Assembly: GCA_041674205.1 (NCBI GenBank)
Contig: JBAYWF010000001.1
Coordinates: 149,003-213,002, forward strand
DNA length: 64,000 nt
From: Parcubacteria group bacterium
GTDB taxonomy: Bacteria; Patescibacteriota; Minisyncoccia; Moranbacterales; UBA2206
Direction of reading: 5' to 3'
A program made the position numbers and the translations under genes. This document shows positions 57,067 to 64,000 of the stretch, one piece after another; positions within the stretch are counted from its first letter, which is position 1; the number at the start of each line of letters is the position of its first letter. Under the pieces are notes generated by a model. That model had not been told where the DNA came from. It did not search any database and saw nothing but the letters and a program-made list of their open reading frames with translations.

Positions 57067-58851
57067 ATGGAAATCAGAAATATCGCGATTATCGCCCATG
57101 TGGATCATGGCAAAACTACCCTGACTGACGCGATTTTGCGCCAGACCGGGATGGTGACCGACGAGTCCGTCAGTATGGACTCCAATACGTTGGAAAAAGA
57201 GCGTGGCATCACGATTTATGCCAAGAACACCTCGATTTTTTATAAGGATACGAAAATCAATATCGTGGATACGCCGGGCCATGCCGACTTCGGTTCGGAA
57301 GTGGAACGGGTTTTGCGTTCGATCGACTCGGTGGTTTTGGTGGTGGACGCGCAGGAAGGGCCGATGCCGCAAACCCGGTTCGTCTTGAAAAAATCTTTGG
57401 AATTGGGACTGAAACCGATCGTGGTCATCAACAAAATCGACAAGCCGGCTGCCCAGCCGGATATCGTGCAAGAAGAAGTATTTGAATTGTTTTTGGATTT
57501 GGGAGCTAATGATGAACAATTGGATTTCCCAGTGGTCTATGCGATCGGCCGCGAAGGCATCGCTAAATTGCATATGGAGGATGAGGGGCATGATTTGACC
57601 CCGCTTTTGGAAACCATCATCGCTAAAGTAAAGCACGCCGATGGCGACGTGGCCGCTCCGCTCCGGATGCAAGCTTTCAATCTGGGTTATGACAATTTCC
57701 TGGGCCGGATGGCGGTGGGCCGCATCTATGAGGGGACCTTGAAAGACGGGCAAGCCGTGATAGCCAAAAAGCCGACTGGTGAAACCAGGACCGGCCGGAT
57801 CACTAAGCTTTATACTTTCCATGGCACCGTGCGTAAAGAAGTGAAAGAAGCCGTGGCTGGCGACATCGTGATGATCGCGGGCTTGGCGGATATTTTTATC
57901 GGTGAGACGATTTGTGAAAATCCCGAGCAGGAAGCTTTGCCGGCTATCCACATCGACGAGCCGACCATTTCCCTGAACTTCATCGTCAATGATTCGCCGT
58001 TCGCCGGACGGGAAGGAAAATTCGTGACCAACAAGCAGATCCGTGAAAGGTTGGAAAAGGAATTGGAAATCAACGTCGGACTCCATATTGATTTTGAAGG
58101 CGATCACTATAAAGTCTACGGCCGTGGTGAATTGCATATCGCGATTTTGCTGGAAAATATGCGCCGCGAAGGTTATGAATTGCAAGTGTCGCAACCGCAA
58201 GTCATCATCAAGGAAATTGAGGGCGTGAAGTCCGAGCCGTTCGAGGAAGTGACGATCGACGTGCCGGATGTTTCGGCCGGAACGATTATCGAGAAGATGG
58301 GTCGGCGGAAATCGATTATGACCAATATGAAACAAGCCAACGGGCAAAGCCGTTTGATATTCGAAGGTCCGACCCGCGGACTTCTGGGGTATCGCGGCGA
58401 GTTCGTGATCGACACCAAGGGCGAAGGCATTATGTCTTCCCGGGTGATCGGTTTCCGGCCATACGCCGGGGAAATCCAAAGAAGATCGGCTGGGGCGATG
58501 GTTTCGATGACCAGTGGCAAAGCCTTGGGATTCTCTTTGGCTAATTTACAAGACAGGGGCTCTTTATATATCGCTCCGGCTACGGAGGTCTATGAGGGAA
58601 TGGTTATCGGTGACACGTCCAAAGGCTTGGATATGGCGGTTAATCCGACCAAAGGCAAGCAATTGTCCAATATGCGTTCTTCGGGCGCGGATGAAGCCTT
58701 GCAGTTGGTGCCGCACCATGAGATTTCCATCGAAATAGGTTTGGAAATTATGGGTGCCGACGAATATCTGGAAATCACTCCGAAATCAGTCCGTCTTCGC
58801 AAGCAATATCTGACCGAAGTAGAAAGGCGGAGACACGAAAGAAAACAATAA
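57067..58851 (+). CDS. typA: translational GTPase TypA/BipA
   Basis: RNIAIIAHVDHGKTTL, DTPGHADF, NKID, GRGELH, EITPKSVRLRK. Confidence 0.98.
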   Translation: MEIRNIAIIAHVDHGKTTLTDAILRQTGMVTDESVSMDSNTLEKERGITIYAKNTSIFYKDTKINIVDTPGHADFGSEVERVLRSIDSVVLVVDAQEGPMPQTRFVLKKSLELGLKPIVVINKIDKPAAQPDIVQEEVFELFLDLGANDEQLDFPVVYAIGREGIAKLHMEDEGHDLTPLLETIIAKVKHADGDVAAPLRMQAFNLGYDNFLGRMAVGRIYEGTLKDGQAVIAKKPTGETRTGRITKLYTFHGTVRKEVKEAVAGDIVMIAGLADIFIGETICENPEQEALPAIHIDEPTISLNFIVNDSPFAGREGKFVTNKQIRERLEKELEINVGLHIDFEGDHYKVYGRGELHIAILLENMRREGYELQVSQPQVIIKEIEGVKSEPFEEVTIDVPDVSAGTIIEKMGRRKSIMTNMKQANGQSRLIFEGPTRGLLGYRGEFVIDTKGEGIMSSRVIGFRPYAGEIQRRSAGAMVSMTSGKALGFSLANLQDRGSLYIAPATEVYEGMVIGDTSKGLDMAVNPTKGKQLSNMRSSGADEALQLVPHHEISIEIGLEIMGADEYLEITPKSVRLRKQYLTEVERRRHERKQ

Positions 58852-58859
58852 ACTTGATC

Positions 58860-58890
58860 AAAAAAACTATCCGGCAGCGGATAGTTTTTT
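58860..58890 (+). terminator. intrinsic terminator
   Basis: AAAAACTATCCG/CGGATAGTTTTT. Confidence 0.8.
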
Positions 58891-58935
58891 AATAGGGGTG
58901 TGCTATAATGCGAGAATAACAGTATCGAAATTACT

Positions 58936-59211
58936 ATGCAAAAATTCAAAGAAGAACTGCGCAATAAATCATTCGGCTATATCACGACCGCTTTCGGGCT
59001 GGTGGCCGGCTTGGCTTGGAACGAGGCGATCAAATCCGTAATCGACGGATTTTTTCCGGTGAGCGATGGCGGCGGGATGATCGCCAAATTTATCTATGCG
59101 ATTTTTATCACTATCGTGTTGGTTTTTATCAGCGTGTATATTTTGAAAACTAACGAAGATAATGAAAGAAAATCTTCCAAGGAGGTAGATGGTAAGAAAA
59201 CCAAGAAGTAG
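58936..59211 (+). CDS. DUF5654-like small membrane protein
   Basis: AFGLVAGLAWNEAI, YAIFIT. Confidence 0.75.
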   Translation: MQKFKEELRNKSFGYITTAFGLVAGLAWNEAIKSVIDGFFPVSDGGGMIAKFIYAIFITIVLVFISVYILKTNEDNERKSSKEVDGKKTKK

Positions 59212-59232
59212 TCTTTAGAAGAATACCGTCGG

Positions 59233-59934
59233 TTAAAAATATTTTTTAACCGATTCGAATTCTTCCAATCGTTCCGGATGGCAGACGATTTCGATGGTGC
59301 CTTCCGGCAAGCGAGCCAGGGTTTCCTGGATGTTTTCCGGCCAATCCAAACTGAACATATGGTCGGAAGATTCCAAGCGGGAGGCGCGGAAAAGTCCCAG
59401 ATCCATTTTCCGCAACCAATACAGAATCAGATAGACCTTGCCGCGATGCCGGACAAGGCTTTTTTTGCCGAAGCGGATGAACGGAATGCCGTTTTCCTGG
59501 GCCAGGCGCGCGACGGCTTTGAAGTAGGTGGGAAAAAAATGGATATGGTGGTGGGAATTGATGCCGTCGGGATCGCGTCCGAAAAGGGAATGGAATTTTT
59601 CCAATTGATTCTCCCAGTGTAATTTTTTCGAACCGGCATCCAGGAGGCTTAGGAAATTTTTGGAGAAAAATACCAAGATCCGCAAAAGCACGCTTTCTTT
59701 TAATTTGCGAGTGGAAGAGGGGGAATGGGTGGAATCAAGATGGATGTCCAGTTTAACGCCGGATTTTTTGAGTCTTGTGATGTCATTCGGGCCGAAAGTG
59801 CCGTCAGCCATCACTGCCACGCGATCAAGTTTCCCGGTTTCGGCCAGCGTCAAAATGTTGTCGTTGGCTGCCGGGCTGATGCCGAAATCATCGGCGGAAA
59901 TAATCATTTTTTTGCGGTTTTTTGTCATTTCCAT
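59233..59934 (-). CDS. YdjC/ChbG/HpnK-family deacetylase
   Basis: ISADDFG, IHLD, NSHHHIH, EIVCHP. Confidence 0.88.
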   Translation of the reverse strand: MEMTKNRKKMIISADDFGISPAANDNILTLAETGKLDRVAVMADGTFGPNDITRLKKSGVKLDIHLDSTHSPSSTRKLKESVLLRILVFFSKNFLSLLDAGSKKLHWENQLEKFHSLFGRDPDGINSHHHIHFFPTYFKAVARLAQENGIPFIRFGKKSLVRHRGKVYLILYWLRKMDLGLFRASRLESSDHMFSLDWPENIQETLARLPEGTIEIVCHPERLEEFESVKKYF

Positions 59935-60656
59935 CGATATATACCCCTTATGTCATTATGGCGTATTTCCAAAAGCGCGATAAACATATTGAGCGGGTCG
60001 AAAAATATCCGGATATGGGTCGTTCGGGGGTTTTGCAGAGTGATGGGCAGTTCTTTGATCGCGTAGCCGAGTTTTTTGGCGATGAAGATGATTTCCGCGT
60101 CGAAAGCGAAGCGGTTGACGGTGGCCCTGGAGAATATTTTTTGCGCGACGTCCCGGCGGAAAACTTTGAATCCGCATTGTGTGTCCTCGATTTTCCAACT
60201 GTTATGGATGATTTTGCGGAGCATCCGGAAAGCCCTTTCCATTATTTTCCGGTACCACAGGACCGGAGTAAGGACTTTGAGGCCTGGAACGAAACGCGAG
60301 GCGATCGCGATGTCGCATCCTTGGGATATGGCCATCGCGAATTTCTCCAGTTCCTCGATCGGAATCGCCAGATCGGCGTCCAAGAACATCACCAATCCGT
60401 AACGGCTGCGCATAATCCCGTCGCGCACCGCTTTGCCTTTGCCGGCATTGGTCGAATTGTCGATTATTTCTATGGAGAAATCCCGTCGCGCCCGTTTGAG
60501 TTCGTCCAGAGTGTCGTCCGTACTGCCGTCATTGACAGCGATTATTTCAAAAATCCGGAAAGAGTTTTTCAAGTAGGAGTTTATTTTTTCTATGTTCCGA
60601 TGGATGGTTTCACCCTCGTTGAAACAGGGGATGACTACCGATATTTGATCATACAT
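59925..60656 (-). CDS. dolichyl/polyprenyl-phosphate glycosyltransferase (DPG-synthase-like GT2)
   Basis: NDGSTD, GKGKAVR.G, DADL, DTQCGFK, FAFDAE. Confidence 0.9.
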   Translation of the reverse strand: MYDQISVVIPCFNEGETIHRNIEKINSYLKNSFRIFEIIAVNDGSTDDTLDELKRARRDFSIEIIDNSTNAGKGKAVRDGIMRSRYGLVMFLDADLAIPIEELEKFAMAISQGCDIAIASRFVPGLKVLTPVLWYRKIMERAFRMLRKIIHNSWKIEDTQCGFKVFRRDVAQKIFSRATVNRFAFDAEIIFIAKKLGYAIKELPITLQNPRTTHIRIFFDPLNMFIALLEIRHNDIRGIYRWK

Positions 60657-60726
60657 ACTTGTTTATTTCGCTAAGATATAATAATATTATCAAATTACGG
60701 ATGTTATAACAATAAGTAGAATTTTT

Positions 60727-61311
60727 ATGGAAGTATTCAAGGAATTTTCCGGCAGCTTGGCGGAAATCATAAAAAACGGCGGAGTGGGCGTCTTGCCGAC
60801 GGACACTGTGTATGGCTTGGTGGCCTCAGCTTTGCAACCGGCAAGCGTTGAGAGGATATATCGCTTGCGAAAAAGAAATCCGGATAAGCCGATGATAATC
60901 TTGATCAGTTCATTGGAAGATTTGAAATTATTCGATATTAAGCTTGATGAGGAAAGTAAGAAAATACTCATGACTTTTTGGCCAGGCCAAGTGAGTGCTA
61001 TTTTGCCTTGTCCAAGCGAAAAATTTGTTTATTTGCATCGCGGACAAGACAGCCTGGCTTTCCGCTGGCCGGACAAAAAAGATTTACTGGAGCTATTGCG
61101 AAAAACCGGACCGCTAGTGGCGCCCAGCGCCAATCAAGAAGGGAAAGAGGCGGCCAAGACTATCGCGGAAGCCTGGAAATGTTTCGGTGAAAAGGCGGAT
61201 TTCTATGTGGATGGTGGCCTGCTGGATTCACCGCCCTCGACGCTGGTGGCGATTGAAAACGGCAAATTGGCAATCAAAAGAAAAGGCGCAGTTGACGGAG
61301 GGTTATTATAG
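60727..61311 (+). CDS. tsaC: L-threonylcarbamoyladenylate synthase (TsaC/YrdC)
   Basis: PTDTVYGL, K.R..DKP, WPG, APSAN, PST. Confidence 0.92.
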   Translation: MEVFKEFSGSLAEIIKNGGVGVLPTDTVYGLVASALQPASVERIYRLRKRNPDKPMIILISSLEDLKLFDIKLDEESKKILMTFWPGQVSAILPCPSEKFVYLHRGQDSLAFRWPDKKDLLELLRKTGPLVAPSANQEGKEAAKTIAEAWKCFGEKADFYVDGGLLDSPPSTLVAIENGKLAIKRKGAVDGGLL

Positions 61312-61348
61312 TGATATCATATCATCATAATAATTCCAATAAAAAAAT

Positions 61349-62191
61349 ATGCAAAATAAAAATACCCTTGCGATTTTTGAAGGACATAAAATCCGTCGGC
61401 AATATGATGAAAAAACGGAAACTTGGTATTTTTCAGTGATTGATATTGTGGCCGCACTATTAGATCAAGCTGATTACAACAGAGCAAAGAGTTATTGGAC
61501 AACCTTAAAAAATCGCTTGAAAGAGGAGGGAAGTGAAGTGGTCACAAGATGTGACCAGTTGAAAATGTTAGCTCAAGATGGAAAAATGCGAGAAACTGAT
61601 GTGGCTAATCCAGAAACGATATTACGTCTCATCCAATCCGTGCCAAGCAAAAAAGCGGAGCCAATCAAATTGTGGCTAGCTAAAGTCGGATATGAGCGGA
61701 TGCAAGAAATCGCCGATCCGGAAAGGGGTCTGAATCGTGCGCGGGAGAATTGGCAAAAACTCGGCCGAAGCAATGAATGGATCCAGCAACGTATGATGGG
61801 GCAAGAAATCCGAAACAAACTGACGGATTACTGGAGTGATAATGAGGTGAAAAAGGGAGAAGAGTTTGCCATTCTGACTAATATCATCCACGAAGAATGG
61901 ACGGACTTGTCGGTCAAAGAGCACAAAAATTTGAAAGGTCTGAAAGCGCAAAATTTGCGCGATCATATGACGGATGCGGAACTGGTTTTCACCGCCCTAG
62001 CGGAACTATCCACTAAACAAATCGCGGAAAGTTTGGAAGCGAAAGGCTTGATAGAAAACAAAGTCGCCGGCCGGAAAGGCGGCCGGGTTGCAAAAAACGC
62101 GCGGGTTGAGTTGGAAAAGAAAACCGGCCGGAAAATCGTGTCAGGCAGAAATTTTCTGGACGCAAAGTCGCAAAAGAGGCTGGGGAAATAA
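61349..62191 (+). CDS. Bro-N domain protein
   Basis: IRR..D..WYFSVIDIV, LKMLAQDGKMRETD, RLIQSVPSKKAEP.KLWLA, NLRDHM. Confidence 0.85.
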   Translation: MQNKNTLAIFEGHKIRRQYDEKTETWYFSVIDIVAALLDQADYNRAKSYWTTLKNRLKEEGSEVVTRCDQLKMLAQDGKMRETDVANPETILRLIQSVPSKKAEPIKLWLAKVGYERMQEIADPERGLNRARENWQKLGRSNEWIQQRMMGQEIRNKLTDYWSDNEVKKGEEFAILTNIIHEEWTDLSVKEHKNLKGLKAQNLRDHMTDAELVFTALAELSTKQIAESLEAKGLIENKVAGRKGGRVAKNARVELEKKTGRKIVSGRNFLDAKSQKRLGK

Positions 62192-62316
62192 AAAGCTGCA
62201 TTCGTATGACAGAGTTCTTATAACATAATAAATAGCATGTCTTTTTATAATTAGCTATATATTGTTTCAACCCTGGTTTGAGCCTCGACAGAAATGTTTG
62301 AGGTTTTTTGAAATAT

Positions 62317-62361
62317 TTGACAGGAGGCCGATGTAGTATATGATGTTACCTAGGGGGGAGG
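62317..62361 (+). promoter_or_regulatory. promoter with possible CsoR operator
   Basis: TTGACA-N16-TATGAT followed by TACC-TA-GGGGGG, a G-tract like those in CsoR operators. Confidence 0.45.
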
Positions 62362-62423
62362 TTGGGGCCTGAGGGCGAATTTTCAATTAAAGCGGAATAT
62401 TAATTTTAAATTTTAAAATAAAC

Positions 62424-62687
62424 ATGGAGGACAAAGAAATTTTGACGGCGCTCCGGAAGGCGCAAAGCCATCTGGGCAACGTGATCAAGATGGTGGAAAA
62501 CAAGGAATATTGCATCGATATTTTGCAGCAAAATCTGGCCGTGATCGGCCTTTTGAAGTCTGGCAATAACAAACTGATGGCAAGGCATCTCAACAGCTGT
62601 TTCGTCAACGCGATGAGGGGAACGAATGAAAAGAGGAAGCAAGAGATGATTGAGGAAATTTTGAAAATCAATTCATTATCTAAATAA
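62424..62687 (+). CDS. CsoR/RcnR-family metal-sensing repressor
   Basis: YCIDILQQ..AV and HLNSC (C-H-C metal site). Confidence 0.88.
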   Translation: MEDKEILTALRKAQSHLGNVIKMVENKEYCIDILQQNLAVIGLLKSGNNKLMARHLNSCFVNAMRGTNEKRKQEMIEEILKINSLSK

Positions 62688-62825
62688 TTTTGTAATTTTT
62701 AATTTTATAAATACCTTGCCTGCCGGCAGGAATCTTAATTTTTAATGTTTAAAGCATTTAGGAATTAGAAAATTATTTAAAAATTAAAAATTGGAAATTA
62801 AAAATTTAAATTACGAAGCTTAATT

Positions 62826-64000
62826 ATGAAAACCAAAAAATTCCATATACGGGGTATGCACTGCGTCAGTTGTGAGAAACTGCTGGATGATGAATTCCGG
62901 CAAGTCGCGGGCGTCAAAGACGTGCGGGTCGACCGCCTGAAAAATACCGGGGAAGTGGATTATGAAAACCAAGAACCGGATTTCGCGGAAATCAAAAAAG
63001 TCGCTAAAAAATTCGGTTACGAGGCATCTGAATCCCAAGACGGTTTTGGGCGCTTAGATTCCAAGGAGGTTCCGAGTGCCTCCAAGTGGCTGGATTGGGC
63101 CAAGGCGATTTTGACGGTTATCGCGATTTTATTCCTGTTTCGAATTTTTCAAAATACGGGCTTGATTGATCGCATAAATTTGCAAAGTTCCAATGTGACT
63201 TTGGGATTAGCCTTGTTAATCGGACTAGTGGCTTCAGTTTCTTCTTGTTTGGCGGTCGTCGGAGCGGTGATTATCGCTTTCGGGGAAAAATATAGAAGTG
63301 AAGGCAAAGGTTTTTATAATAATGCCGTCAAACCAAATTTGCTTTTCCATGCCGGCCGGCTGGCGACATTTTTTATCCTGGGAGGATTATTGGGGCTTAT
63401 CGGAGGAGAGTTGAATATCAGCGGGAATTTCATTTCCATTTTTACGATCATAATCGCGATTGTGATGGGCTGGCTGGGGTTGAATATCTTAGGTCTTGTA
63501 CCGTCTATTTCCAATTTCGGAATCCGGATGCCCAAACGGCTGACAAAAAAATGGTCGGCGCTCAAAGGCTCGGAACATAAGGCGGCGCCGTTCCTGCTGG
63601 GCGGACTGAGTTTCTTTTTGCCCTGCGGTTTCACGCAAAGTATGCAGATTTTCGCTTTGACTTCCGGCAGTTTTTGGACCGGCGGGCTGACGCTGTTTAT
63701 TTTCGCTCTTGGCACGGTGCCATCTTTGATGGTTTTGGGAATCACGGCTTCGTGGACCAGAAACAACAAGATGGCGGTTTTTCAAAAAGTCGCCGGCATA
63801 TTGGTGGTAATGTTTGCAATTTTCACTTTGCAATCCGGCTTGGCGTTGCGGGGCGTGGGCGCGAACGTATTGAGCACGGACGATGTGAAAAAGACGGAAC
63901 AAAAAAACGTTCCCAGTCCATCTGCCATCGGATCACAAAGCGGCCAACAAATCGTGGAGATGCACGTCAATAGTTCCGGCTTTTCTCCAGCTACGCTGAA
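62826..64000 (+). CDS. HMA + DsbD_2/TauE-like membrane heavy-metal protein, 3'-truncated by window edge
   Basis: Not in ORF track (no stop); my translation gives MKTKKFHIRGMHCVSCE (HMA), SSCLAVVG, FHAGRL, LPCGFTQSMQ. Confidence 0.85.
   Translation, partial: MKTKKFHIRGMHCVSCEKLLDDEFRQVAGVKDVRVDRLKNTGEVDYENQEPDFAEIKKVAKKFGYEASESQDGFGRLDSKEVPSASKWLDWAKAILTVIAILFLFRIFQNTGLIDRINLQSSNVTLGLALLIGLVASVSSCLAVVGAVIIAFGEKYRSEGKGFYNNAVKPNLLFHAGRLATFFILGGLLGLIGGELNISGNFISIFTIIIAIVMGWLGLNILGLVPSISNFGIRMPKRLTKKWSALKGSEHKAAPFLLGGLSFFLPCGFTQSMQIFALTSGSFWTGGLTLFIFALGTVPSLMVLGITASWTRNNKMAVFQKVAGILVVMFAIFTLQSGLALRGVGANVLSTDDVKKTEQKNVPSPSAIGSQSGQQIVEMHVNSSGFSPATL

Noticed and set aside
56893-58479. 528-aa minus-strand ORF
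   Set aside because: Antisense shadow of typA.
61349-62191. prophage indicated by the Bro-N gene
   Set aside because: No other phage genes, integrase or att sites; this subfamily often stands alone.
1-64000. alternative genetic code 25 (TGA=Gly)
   Set aside because: Conserved genes end at TGA at the expected lengths and are not fragmented under code 11.

Overview
Gene-dense bacterial window using standard genetic code 11. It is most consistent with a Patescibacteria (CPR, Parcubacteria/Moranbacteria-like) genome. This is inferred from AT-rich leaders without Shine-Dalgarno (SD) sites on core genes, a TrmB-type regulator, DUF5654/DUF5666-like proteins and short palindromic repeats. The main result is a ~12-kb candidate biofilm/matrix locus (1.4-13.2 kb). 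It has two sigma70 promoters, each followed by a paralogous c-di-GMP-II-like riboswitch overlapping an intrinsic terminator. One leader heads a glycan operon (processive GT2, Wzx flippase, GtrB-like GT2, GT2, GT-C). The other heads a TasA-like x3 / SipW / SipW-substrate operon. Other notable items are a ~280-nt highly structured noncoding region with its own promoter and terminator upstream of typA, three ORFans separated by a 77-bp direct repeat, an ECF sigma factor apparently separated from its anti-sigma/MacAB operon by a 5.5-kb block, a DedA-GT4-GT2-sphingomyelin-synthase-like operon, an orphan purC, a CsoSCA-like carbonic anhydrase and in-frame palindromic insertions. I saw no rRNA, tRNA, CRISPR array, transposase or integrase. 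All family calls come from reading motifs by eye; no database search or folding program was run.
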